Shown piece after piece: positions 47,741 to 60,494 of a stretch of 64,000 bases of DNA. A program made the position numbers and the translations under genes. This DNA is from Amphiscolops sp. MND2022 (taxonomy: Eukaryota): assembly GCA_964187785.1 (NCBI GenBank), contig OZ076413.1, forward strand, positions 59,768,001 through 59,832,000, written 5' to 3'. The first letter of the stretch is position 1, and every line of letters begins with the position of its first letter. Below the pieces are notes generated by a model that had not been told where the DNA came from, searched no databases, and was given only the letters and a program-made list of their open reading frames with translations.

Positions 47741-50700
47741 TACCATCGCCGCGCCTACGCTTCGGAGAAACAGTAGACGCGAGGGCATATACAATGGAAG
47801 ACCCCCAACCAATACGAGGAGGACGATCTCACCGAATGCAACGAAGAGCCAACCCAGGACTGGCAACGACTCTGGAACGTGGGCATGATCCTCAATGCCG
47901 GACATCCGGATGACCCCAAGCCACTCCCCACATGGATAACGGAGTCACCCGACAGTTACGCCACATTAAAACGCCCACTACCCGAATCTAAAAATGACAT
48001 GATATACGTTTACGACACAGACTACAGGTGTGACCCCCGGGACGAACCAGACATATACGACACCAACTCCCTTTCATTCAAAATCGATGTACAAAACCCA
48101 ATACAATCAGAAAAAGAAATAATACCGCTAGCTACTCCACCCTCATCAATATTAAAAAACACGAGAACCACTCTCATAACACCAGTAATGGTGACGTCCA
48201 CACCAATAGTTGCGGAGAACATCATCTGCATAGAGGACAAAACGATATTGTCACGACAAGCGAGACAACAGAGAGAGAATACTCTTTCTCCCCCATCACT
48301 AACACAAACTGCACCCACCTCTTAAGCACCAAACGACAAAGAGAAAACAACGGAGTGTCCCACATCACTACCCGAAGATCTCGATGTCATTAAAGAATTT
48401 ATCCAACACGACAAGGACGACGACTACATCCCATTACTATCGGCAATAACACTAAAGAAGAAATGGCGAATGCTTTTCTTACCCCTGGAATTCCACGAAG
48501 TCAAAATTGATGCACTCGTAGATTCAGGTGCATACGTCAATGCCATCAGCGAACGAGACGCAAAAAAAGGACATGAAGCCCCTCAGTGTATCATCCACAA
48601 AGCACCGCCTCCTCCCTTTAAGGTAGAATACGCCAACGCCGCTCGAACAACCTATAGAAACCTACACCATGAAATTTCAAATTGGAGATTATAACTTTAA
48701 GAAACCTTCATCGTCATGACGAAAACGTCAAACCTATCATAGGACTGGCATTCCTACGAAAACACTGCGCTGTACTTGACACGGCACAGGGCATAATCGA
48801 CTTCCCCAAAATACACATCACAATGGCGGTGACAGACGAAATGCAAAATTGCAACCTCAAACCTATCACAGTCCGATCAGAGAATGAACACACCATCCCA
48901 GCGCAGGCCACACGCACCATCTAGGCGTCAATTCCTGTAAGCAACGACCATCCAATACAACCTCTGCCACAGTTTGACGAAAACGCAAAACTCATAGTGG
49001 CCGCAGCTATAACAACCGCTAGAGATAAAAGAGTCGCAATCAAGATAGCTAATACAACCGACTTCCCTTACACCATCATAGCAAATACCAAACTAGCTGA
49101 ACTGCAAATCCATGAACCAGAAACGAAATCTATACGACCAGTCGATAGTGCAACGCTAAATCTCCTGACCGACCACGACGATGTAGTAACGTACGTCAAT
49201 GCTCTCATGAAGATAGACCGTAATGAAAAAAATGACACCAAATTCTGGTTCCCCACACCTGACAACCCTGGAACTGAATCAGAACATACACCCATACAAC
49301 AGAGAATACTCCGAGGACTGAGAGAACTTGAAGTCTTCGAAAAACTCAACCCCAAAGAAAGCGATGAATCACGAAACAAATTTCTATCAATGTTCGATTG
49401 GGATGATTCCCTGAAATCTGGAGAAAATCCTGCAAACCTCGAATCCATCATCGTGGAATTCAACGACATCTTCGCAAGACACAGACTAGACATCGGAATG
49501 AACACACAATTCAAAATCAGCCTAACGCCGAATGACGACAAACCAGTCTACACCAAAACCTACCAGTTCATATCAACCTCAAAGGTGATCTCAAAGTAGA
49601 ATTGGCCCTCATGCACCGGTATGGTATCATTACGACCCTACCTTTTTCCAAATACGCCAGCCCTATTTTCACACAACGCAAACCCAACGGCAAGCTGAGA
49701 TTGCTCGTCGACTTACGAAAAATAAATGCACTCATATCTGACGACTACATCAATAACAACCACCCAATCAGCACCCTCACAGATGCAGCACAACACCTAG
49801 CGGCAAAACGACTGTTCTGCAAACTCGACTGCTCCCAAGCCTATCACTGCCTCCAAATGGCAGATCAAAGGTCAGTAGAACTACTTGCTTTCAATCTTGC
49901 CAGCAGGACGTTCGCCTATCGCAGGTTAGCTCAGGGACTAAGCAGAGCCTTGTCACCATTCTCCAGTTTCATGCGTGAATACCTCGACACTGTCATTAAA
50001 TAGACCAATGCACACAGTACGTAGACGACATTGGAATTGCCGTCAACTCTCCAGAACAACTTATTCAAAACATCAGAGCAGTTTTCAAATGCATCAGAAA
50101 AGCGGGACTAAAACTGACAATCGAAAAATGCCATTTTGGAGTGACCAAAGTAAAATTTCTCGAAAGAAGCATCACCCCTGACGGAATTGCACCGCAAGAT
50201 CACAAGGTCCAAGCATTCCTTGCCAATTACCATTTGTGTACATGTTTTCCGCAGAAGTTGTAAATCAAATACCTAATACTAGTGTAAGGAATCCTTTTAA
50301 CGGGGTTATATTTTAACAATCCTTGTGAATTGTATAACTTTTATTGATAACACGTATACAGGATCCTCCGTTTTCACCAATTATCAAAAATCCTTATGTT
50401 CGACGAAATTTTAAAACATTGAAATAGATAATGATAATACAAAAAATAAAACATAAGGGGCCAGTGAAATCTCTCTTATGAAGCGTTTGAGTATTGTTAA
50501 TAAATGTTTGAGGCTCTTGAAAGTTGTGTCTTGTAATGTGCAAAAATCTGCTTCCCAAAGTTGAAGAAACAAGTCCAAAAATACAATGGATTCGTAAATT
50601 ACTACAGAAACTACATACCCCGACTTTCAGAAAAACTAATAGGTATGTATGAATTAACTAAAAGCAGATGCCAAAATCACCATATTGGAAGAACTCGTCG

Positions 50701-53228
50701 ACAACTTCAAAGATATCAACACCAGTTTGGCAGGGGCCTGAGGATTAGCACTACGACAACCGATAGCAGGAAACCAATACGTCCTCATGACGGATGCAAG
50801 CTTCCGAGCATCCGGATATGCACTCATGATAGAAGAGAATGACGAAAAGAATATACTCTCAAAGCAAAAAACTTTGGCCCCAGTAGCTATCGGATCACGC
50901 CTTTTCTCTCCGTCACAAATCAAAATGTCAATATATTGCAAGGACTTCCTAGCAATATATCATGCCTTCCTTGAATATAGCCACATTCTATGGGAAACCA
51001 CAATACCCACACTTGTATTAACAGACAACAGATCAGTAACCAGAATTTTCTAAACGAAAACGGCGCCACCTACCCTCTGGAATGCCTGTGACCACGTATT
51101 TCAATTCAACTTCCGCATCATGCACGTAGCAGGATGTCAAAACACAGCAGCGGGTTTCCTATCCAGATTAGAACTAACGCCCAAAGAAAAGATACAACTT
51201 AAAATCCGTGACGACATATTAACGTCACCGATAGACGTTAACCGCCAATCGTCAGATGTCGCGGATGAAGAGCAATTATTCTTTTTACCGGATGAAAAAG
51301 AAGAGTCAGAACAAGAAATATTTGCCCGAAAACAGCTCAACAGATCACGAGCACAAGAAGAGAAAGAACAACAGAACCTAAACACCAAAGTCACAGAAAT
51401 AATCAAACTGCCACTCACTTCAGCAGTCTATACTTTTGGAGCCATTAAAGAAAACGCCCGCATACGAAACGAACACGACGCAGACCCCCTACTAAGGCAC
51501 TGAAATCACGCCTCCTATTACACGAAGAACATGATAAACACCTTTTAAATACGGAACCAAGAGGACGAAACCTATTGAGACATGCAGAAAGAATCATCAT
51601 GAAAGACGGAGTCTTCATGAGGAAATACTATAGAGAGGACGGAACAATTACGCACCACCAAGTCCTAATACCAAAACACTTAATAACAGAACTCCTAAGC
51701 ACACTACATGGCAAGCCAAACAAACACCCCGGAATACCGAAAATGATACAGGAATGCAGAACAAAATACTACCACCCCGGCTTGGCAAGGAAAATCCGGG
51801 CCTGGGTAACCAAATGCCCAGACTGTATTGCAAACAAAAGAATTGTTACGCAACAGATACAACCAAAGATGATTAGCAAAACCGAATTTACTCTAGGTCC
51901 AGAAGACTGCCTAGAAGTAGACATCCTACCAAATTTACCGCCCTCAAACGACTACAAACACATCATAAGGCTGATGGATGTTTTTGCACGATACCTGTTT
52001 GCCTACCCTACCCAAGGTATGACAGCAAAAACAGTAGGACGCTGCATCATCGATGTAATGACCAGGCATTGTTATCTACCAACAGTCATACAATCGGATA
52101 AAGGTTTACATTTCAGATCAGAAGTAATAAACCAAATACCAAAAACGCTCGACATTCGCATAAGTCACGCGTCAACAAAACATGCCCAGACCATTGCCAT
52201 ACTAGAGAGGACTCAGGCAACACCCAAAACCTCTCAAAATATCAACAGGCGAACGAAGATCGATGTGGCACAGATACGTCCAAATAGCAGTTTTGAATTA
52301 CAACACCAGCTATCATGAAAGTCGGGGCTGCGAACCTATGACGGTGTTCCATGGCAGGGTACCCTACAATATATTGGACATAAAACCTGGACTTAAACCA
52401 GGGTGGAACAGAAATCCCGACGAAGAACTAGCGGATAAATTACATAAGCAAAAAGTAGAAATCCACCAAAAAGCTAAAGAAAATCTTATGCAATCATACC
52501 TAAAATGCAAACGTTACTATGACAGAAAAGCGACTGCGACACCACTAAAAATAAATGACTACTGCTACGTCCTAAACCCGAACGTAGACAACCAATCAAT
52601 GAAATTCGCATTCAAAGATTGCATTTGGAATTGTCCCTACATAGTAGTAAAGACCCTGTCAAACAACAACTACGTCGTGAGAAGAACGGACACTTGATAC
52701 ACGCAAACCCTCCACAGAATTCGCCTAAGGCTATATGCGCCCAATCAACGATTACCTGACGTAACAGCCAGACCGGAAAAATACCTTCCAGATCCAGAGG
52801 TAAAAACAACCCACGACGATTGGTACGCACAAGCTTGGGGAACAGAATTCGGAGATGTACTGTTCGGACGATCGCCGGAAGAACACACCGAAGAGGCTAC
52901 AATAACAGAACTTGAAGACCATGACGAAGCAACAGCGCAGACGGAGTCGGTTAAAACAACCGAAAACGAAAGTCTAGATGAAGATAAAACATCCTCCATC
53001 AACAACAATTCGCTCAATTTGGATGTCAGTAATAACCCTTACATCATGTTGCCACCGCCTTTAGAAAACCCCGTCAAAACCCCCGAATTACCAGCTATAG
53101 TCATCGGATACAACCCGCGAAAAATCGGAAGATACAACCTACGCCCTAACCCAAAACCCAAAGCAAACCCTGATTTTAGAATGATTGACTCACTAACGAC
53201 GGAAGACAAACGTCAACCTCACTCATGA
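47734..53228 (+). pseudogene. pol: Pol of element B (PR-RT-RH-INT), multiply disrupted
   Basis: LVDSGAY; LVDLRKIN; CKLDCSQAY; QYVDDIG near 50020; MTDASF; GPEDCLEVDILP; IQSDKG; ILERT; terminal RYNLRPNPKP. Confidence 0.95.
50231..50549. other. ~319-bp AT-rich insertion interrupting RT of element B
   Basis: Splits the expected AFLAKLRFPK codons (TTAC^GCTTCCC); no TSD or terminal repeat seen. Confidence 0.75.
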
Positions 53229-53393
53229 TCAAAAACAATCAACCTGCCAAACCGAACCGGCGTGGCGAAGTCATATTATTGAACACAACTAAGCAGATAT
53301 AATACTAATGCTTAGACCCAAAATCAATAAGAAAGCAATAAAACAAAACAAAAATAATACAAAATGACAGAAGCACCGCAGTCCAACGCAAAG

Positions 53394-56300
53394 CTATTTC
53401 AACCTATGAAATACATCAGGGTCCACTTTTTTTACAATTTTCTTCTTCTTACTCTTGAAAGAGGCGGGCTGTTTTGACCCACCCTGACTATTGGTCTGAT
53501 TTCCTCCTTTTGACGCTGCAGCTTGTTGTTTCTTCTGCCTCACTACTGCGCTCAGGCCAACGTCCACTCTCCATTTCGAAGCACTACTCACACTACTGCC
53601 TGTCCCGCTACCTCCAGAACTTTCACCAAGTTAGATAAGACAAATAGTTTTGTTACTCTCTGTATAGAAAGTCTCGCCAGCTCTACGTCGCTCCTCAATA
53701 AAATCCACATAGAGGTTCTTGTGACGATGAACAAACTCATCATAACTAGTAGCACAGAATCTGGACCATTAATCGAAATCTGCAGTCACAAAATTCTGCC
53801 CCGGCAATAGCTCCACGTACTGTATCCAAAGTAGGGATAGTGAAAAAAGATTGATGCGCATACCCCGGGCACAAAACATATGATTGCACCAACAGCAAGC
53901 AATCATGGAAAACTTTTGGGTCGATTGCACAACCTTTCAACTCCAACGTAACAACAGGATGGATACTTTGAGGTATATTAATCACCAGGCAACATAATTG
54001 GAACACGCTGAGCAATCGATGCCTCGACTGAAAGCTGAAGTTTTGCATCAGAAAACTAATAACATCAGGGATATCGCAGGCAGAACGTCCAGAACCCACA
54101 TGTTGACGCCGCTTCTCTACCACATAGCTACTGTACTTTTTAACAGCTGCTTTACTTTCGAGATAACATCACACTTCCTCAGTAACGCGCACAGGTCGGA
54201 AAAGAGCCCAAACACTGTACTGTCATCGCCTTCAAGCATTATCTCAGGGCAAAAACTATAGAGACCTCTTGAAAATTCTGAAGAAGTACAGGGTCTCTCC
54301 AGAAGCAGATAAATAAACCTATCGATGAAGTCTTTGCAACGGGTGCGAAACTCTTTAACATCACTCGTTGAAAGTCGTACTCAGAACGTCCTTGGAGATA
54401 CTTTGCGAAGTTACAATGAACTGAAACACAATATCATAACTACGACGCAACATGAACGCAAACCCAAGAGATCACCCCAATACTCACATGTGTCAAGCAA
54501 CAACTGCAAAAACCCAAAACGAAACACGATGAGTGTGTCAGCGAAGATGTACCAATCTGTCTTACGCAACTGAAACGAACACAACTAAGTGACTGAAAAT
54601 TAAAAAAGAAGGAACAACAAGAGAACGACCAAGACTAACACTGTCGACCCTATCCTTGACATGAAGGAGATCAGTATTCCGGATATATGGTCGAATTGAA
54701 GGCCACAGTTCAGTCAAATCTGACACCACAGAACGAAGGTTACGGAAGGGAACAGATCCTTGACAAAAGCACCTTCGCAACAATGTTTTGTCTTCATTCC
54801 AATCTTCATAGAAGATTGCTCCGCATCCGTAAAATAACAAAGAGAGTGACAACCTCGATCATGCCAAATACATCTTGGTGTGCTTGATGGAACACCTCCA
54901 GAAACAGATTTTCGCCGAAACTTTGCTGGATAGCGAAACGACGCCCATCAGCCCGCTCGTCGCCAAGAACCCGCAGCAATGAAAGACTGATACCACGAAC
55001 TGCCACAGGAAGTTGCTGACCCTCCACACTTTCGATGACGCGCGACAATGGTTTCAACTCTGACAACGGCATTGGGCGTTCCAGGCTTTCGCTGCCCACG
55101 CACACTTTCTTCAGGTGACCATCCTCCCAGAAGACGACGTAACATCGCTCACAAGAATCGTCCTTCTCGAACTGCACACTATAGTCTTTATCACTAGAAG
55201 CACCAGCAAGGACAAGACGTACCACGCGTGGAGCGAGACCGTGACACAACAAGGCCTGGAACAGAAAACCTCATGAAAGATCCAAAAAAAAGAAGAATAC
55301 CACAATACAATAACAAGAATCAAAAAGGCCATCAAAGTCAGAAGTAATTATGAAACGCACAAAACTACAACTAAACAACGTTTCCGAACGGCTCCAATTT
55401 AGTTTGAACTCAGGCTCACGCGTTCCCAGCGCAACACAAAAGTGACTCCAGAGTCGGCGGACCAAGTCAAAGTCACCACCACTGCGCAGGACATCACAAA
55501 GGCTTGAGCTCAGGGTCATAAACGGAACTTTTGAGTCTACTTTCGAATATTTCGGCAGTAAATCTTCAAGGAACGGGTATCCTTCCGCAAGATCCTCAAT
55601 AGGTCGCACGCTATACTCAGTCCGTTGTTCAGCAGTCAGTTCCGTCCGTTCCATCAGACTATTGTAAATTGGGATGCCCATGTGAACCCTGTATGTAACG
55701 TCACGGACCCAATGCCCCTCGGAACCAACATGTCGTTTGAATTCAGTTGCCCCCCGTGTCGCCATCGACACGTCGCGCCGACAAACTTTGCAAAAAAAGA
55801 AGCGACCAATGCCACTCTTGGGGCCAGACACAAATTCGGGGTACAAGGGGTCGAGACTCAGCATCTGTTTACGCAAATAGTGACGACTACTATATTTGCG
55901 CTCTTTCTGTTTGTCCGCAAACTAACTCTCCACCTACTGAGTCAATTCGTTGAATCCTAGAACAACACACAATCCATCCAATAAAAAACGCCGAAGAGGA
56001 AGACAAAAAAATGTGACTACTCACCAGTCTGGATCGTACGGACTGTACGACTCTCAACGTCCTCAACGACTCGTCGACTAAGTGTGGCAACGTCCTGAGG
56101 ACTTAATCCAGTGTGACCAATGGCAGTCGCAAATGCGTCATCAGAACCTGATCACCAAATGAGTAACACCATGTACGAAAATAGACGGAATGAAGAATAA
56201 ACAAAACTAACTGGTCCACCCATTCCGTAATGCACCAGCAAGTAATGGCGTCGCATCTCCAGTCTGATCAGGGGGTGTTTTGAAAGACACTGAACGTTTG

Positions 56301-57035
56301 GGAAAAGGAAACACCAGACCACCCAAAATCACAACACCCATGACAATCCTCAAGGATACAACACTACAAACGGCCCCCCTCCCTTTACAAATATCTAGTC
56401 TCTTCCCCATTTTACCAACCCACGTACCTTCTTCGTCGAGAGACGGGGAATCAGTCTCGTCTTCACGAGACTCTTCGGTACCCAGATCATCTTCACAGGA
56501 CTTCCCAACAACGGAACCATTTCCACGAGATTTTTCGACTCCAGAGTCATTTCCAAGTAGCCCTTCAACGCCGATAAACCCTGCTGGAGGGGCCTCGATG
56601 GCAGCTGAACACGAAGCAATGTTGGATGCCAAGATACTATCCGGAACATAAGGGGTAGAAAACCCGAATGATCGATCACCGAACACAACAGAAGCCGCAT
56701 CACGAACGTCGACTTCTGGCACAGCAGTGGCAGTGACACTGGCATCAGGTTGAGGTACTGAAAATCAAGATACGGTTCAGACGCGTCAGCAAATCTGGTA
56801 AGACAAAAAGGGATGATCACCCAATAATAGTCCAATTACCCATGGAAGTCGGAAAAATTTTACCAACCTGTCAAAGGATGAATCTCAATATCAGTCAGAC
56901 GAACATCATCGTCCGTCCAGGCGACGTTAGTTTCGTTACAACTAACAAAACCACCAGAAACACGAAATCTCATCGTCCATCGTGAACACGAAAGCTTCAA
57001 AACAATCTGAAAAAATAAGACACAAAGGAATTTAC
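53394..57035 (-). pseudogene. Antisense spliced cargo gene B, homolog of cargo A; partly decayed
   Basis: Zn-finger-like FFCKVCRRDVSMATRGATEFKRHVGSEGH. Blocks YVVFWEDG..VCVG, SFGENLF, LYSFCPEIMLEG and DVISFLMQNFSFQSRHRLLSVF align with cargo A. GT-AG intron 56024-55957; acceptors ending at 55256, about 56150 and about 56757. Confidence 0.82.
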
Positions 57036-57342
57036 CATGCCAAGAAAGACCAAAATAAAAGATAGAAAAACAGTCATGACGTCATATTGACGCAGTCCTA
57101 AACGAAAATCGGTGACGTCATAACGACGCCATTGAAGAGAAATGAAGGTCATACACCACTCCATATTGACCGATCAAAACGAAAAAGAAAGCAAAACGCT
57201 TTCACAATGAGAATGGAAAAAGAATTGGCCAATTAGAAACCACTTTTTTATCACCGAAGAAAGAAAAGTCAAACGGTCAATTGCCGTTCAAACGACTAAA
57301 AGAATTAGTCTGATCAACAATTCCTTCAGGAACAAGTACAAC

Positions 57343-57924
57343 ATGAGTAAATTAACATCTTATCACCACCTCGTCGTCGATATTTTGTCAGATGAAAAGG
57401 AAAATTACGCGCACAGTACACCATTAGAAACTCTACCACTTAACATGATAAAGACTTTAAATTTGAGTGCAGAATCAACGAAGGCTGCACCCGGAAGTGA
57501 AAGAGATAAAAAGAATTATCGGCTTCTACGTTCGAGTCAGATCCGTCTCCCAGTAAATTTGGCGTCGATATTTTTCCCTGACAAGATCATACCGAACCAA
57601 GACAAAGAAGCATTCACAGTGGAAGGCCACACTGTAGCAGAAACTGGAACAAGCTACTACGAAGAGCCAGATTCGCCACGACGATTGCCGCCCCTACAGC
57701 CTGCCCCCTTTTTAAGAGATATGACAAATAAATCCCCAGCTAACTCATTTCCTCCAGAAAAGGCAGGAAGGCTAAACGACCTAGATGAACCTTCTGTAAA
57801 AAATAGAGAAAACTTGGGGCATCTCCCTAGACGAATCTACCAAAAACTATACCCTGGCCGGACGAGGATGCAGCTTCACATCAAGCGAACTACGCAGAGC
57901 ACGCAAGCAGCCCGTGCGCTGTGA
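57343..57924 (+). CDS. Sense orphan accessory ORF of element B (193 aa; may be frameshift-truncated)
   Basis: Same position as 12484-13506 in element A, just before the 3' LTR; contains VVDILSDEKE. No family recognised. Confidence 0.5.
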   Translation: MSKLTSYHHLVVDILSDEKENYAHSTPLETLPLNMIKTLNLSAESTKAAPGSERDKKNYRLLRSSQIRLPVNLASIFFPDKIIPNQDKEAFTVEGHTVAETGTSYYEEPDSPRRLPPLQPAPFLRDMTNKSPANSFPPEKAGRLNDLDEPSVKNRENLGHLPRRIYQKLYPGRTRMQLHIKRTTQSTQAARAL

Positions 57925-57976
57925 GAGAGAAATTCCCATTGCCCAACCCATGCCGTAACAAAATGCAGAGGTGCCC

Positions 57977-60214
57977 TGTCACGGCCCACTCCCGGTCGGC
58001 GTTCCTACTGTCACGAAGGAACACACAAATGCAACAAGGGACTTGGTCATGGGAGAAACTTTTAAAACGTACGATGTTTAAGTTCTACTTACAGTACAGC
58101 TAAATAACAACCGAAATTTTCACGCAACAAAATAGACGTAAGGACGACGCAACGTTTCGTTTGGTCATTTCCAAATTATTGAAGCTTCCGGCTTTTTAAC
58201 TTTCCGCGTGACCTTTTTTCACTTCCGGTCTTTTCGTCAGAAAGTTTGCATTCCAATCTAAATAACAAAACAGAAAATAAACCTAAAATGAGAAATTAGT
58301 TCTTTGATTCCTCACCCTGAAACGAAAATACCGACACAAAAATTAATTCCGTGGTCTCTACGGAGCTCATACGATCTAAAATGAAAAATACATACAAAAT
58401 AATATAGCTGAGTTTACTAGAATAGCTGTCAAAATTAACGTTATGGCAGCGTCAATCAATAAGAGTCCGCAAAGAAAGCTTTATACTCTTACGAACCAAT
58501 AGCAATGCTTCACAGCTAAAAGAGTTTTCTTTACCGCCTTCTCAACGATATAGCGACGCTGCTAACCAGCCTATATTACCGTGCTCAAAATAGAACAAAC
58601 GATTTAATGACGTGACAATAAATAATTTTGGAATGAACTTTACCAGCAAGTGACGTACCAGCTACGTCACGCATTTGGTCAGCAGCAGTCTACTATAATA
58701 CACATGTCACTGCTGACTGCTGAGTCACTGCTGAAGGTTGAAAATGAACACAGTTTATCTTGTACTGGCTGAATTGAAATTTTTCTTAGCACTTTTGTGC
58801 ATTTTGTACAATTGTAGGGAAGCTGTACTGTAAGATAGGAAACCAAATGATCTCAAACTTCAGTGTGTGTTAAAAGTCCTTTTTTGAATCGCTACAAAAT
58901 CCAAACGGAATGAAATGATTGGAATAAAAATTAAGAAATGACGTTGACCAAAGGAGGCTATAATCTCAATTAGGATGGCATTATTTCAATGGAAATTGCC
59001 GTTTTTGTCCTATTTAACATCACAATGCATGCCGTAAGGTCAACGTGTTTTCCTCGAATGGAAAGGTGCAAAGTTGCTATTAATTCATTGATACACATGT
59101 ATTTAGAATCATTTGCTTTTGCTTTTGCAGTTTTATTTTTTTGTTTCACTACTGTTGTAATTTTGTGTTAGTTTATAATAATGGAAGCCTAATGATCTGG
59201 CGAAAATATGCTAATGAAAGTGCTTTAATATTACGAGTGACTTTCGTCAGACAACAAACAAAGTTGTAAATTTTGAATATGTACATCTCAGGCCTCTTAG
59301 CATCTTTTTCCTTATTATTCCCTCAATCTCAAATATGAAATTGATATATTTTTTCGTCTCAATTGCGAGGCTTATATTTTGAGTGTCATGATTTATTCAA
59401 CAAAATTCGATTCCCAAATTCCAGTTAGTTGAACAATTGTTGACGCAGGCGTGCCTTTGCCGCTAAAACAACAGGCCGACTTTTCTTTTGCCGTAATTTT
59501 AACTCTCAAACAGGAAGTGATTAAGGATGAACAAAAATGTTTTCAGAAATAACGACGTAAGCATGGCGCATCTCGGAATTCAAATAACTGATTTGGGAAC
59601 GCAGGGTTGAAAAAATCTGAATCACTCAAGATTCCTTATGAACAAACGCGATTTTTAGGATACCTAGGAATTTTTAGGTGAAGAACAAATGATGCTAAGA
59701 AGGTATAAGTATGTAGAATTTTAGAGTGAGTTCAGCTAATGTTTCTGTTGTTCAACCTGAATTATTGTCGTTTGCAAAACGTAAAACAAAATATTTTCTT
59801 CGAAGAATTCACTATTACCGAAGACTTTCTCTTTAAAGATGACAACTAGAAGTCAGAGAAGGAAAGCAGCTGAGGAGCTAGTTTCTAGAGACGCAGACAC
59901 TCCCATAACTGGAGATAAGTCTGAGGAAAACCTAATAGCAGGTCCCAGTAAATCACCAAGAGTGCAACCTGAAAATTTAGACGAGATAAAAACGTCGCTT
60001 AGAAAGGCGATTATGTCTGATCTTTCAAAAATCCTTGCTGAAAATCGAGAAGAAATGCTAAGATTATTGGCACCTACCACCAAAATTCAAAATAACCACC
60101 TTAACGTTGAGAACTCGGATTCTGAAACGGAAAATGCATTTCCTACCATCACTTCTACACTCGTTAAAAATAAGGCGACCATGCGTAAAAACACCCCGAC
60201 AGTTAGTCGTAACA
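57977..60214 (+). repeat. 3' LTR of element B (2238 bp)
   Basis: TGTCACGG...GTCGTAACA followed by the TSD. Confidence 0.95.
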
Positions 60215-60300
60215 CGAGCAACCAGATTTACTCCCTCTCTCACCGTCCTGTCATACAAAGAAAGAATAAAGAAGTTAAAGCTGCCCACTCCAGATTATAG
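59839..60300 (+). CDS. LTR-encoded Gag N-terminus (125 codons, open) reading out into the flanking LINE
   Basis: MTTRSQRRK...TPTVSRN is open to the LTR end at 60214 and continues to the stop at 60300. Confidence 0.55.
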   Translation: MTTRSQRRKAAEELVSRDADTPITGDKSEENLIAGPSKSPRVQPENLDEIKTSLRKAIMSDLSKILAENREEMLRLLAPTTKIQNNHLNVENSDSETENAFPTITSTLVKNKATMRKNTPTVSRNTSNQIYSLSHRPVIQRKNKEVKAAHSRL

Positions 60301-60494
60301 AAGAAGAGAGGTAGAATCATTGATGTGTATAACATACTTAATCGAGAGTTTGACGAGATACTGGAGATATGCTGATATAAAACGGAAAAATAAAACGAAG
60401 AAATCAAAAAAAGTCATGGGTCAACTAACAAGAACATCGACAAAGACAACACATTTTCACTGTACAAGAGACAAACGCCCGGAACAACTTGGTG
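60215..60494 (+). mobile_element. CR1/L2 LINE RT C-terminal fragment, right flank of element B
   Basis: RATRFTPSLTVLSYKERIKKLKLPTPDYRRR (compare LSYEERLK.L.L.SLE.RR) and RQHIFTV..TNARNNL (compare F.F..RV...WN.LP). Confidence 0.8.

Larger units (their letters stand above)
44442..60214 (+). mobile_element. Complete Ty3/Gypsy element B (15,773 bp) with cargo genes
   Basis: Termini TGTCACGAC...GTCGTAACA; 5-bp TSD CGAGC at 44437-44441 and 60215-60219; two LTRs, PBS, gag, pol. Confidence 0.97.
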
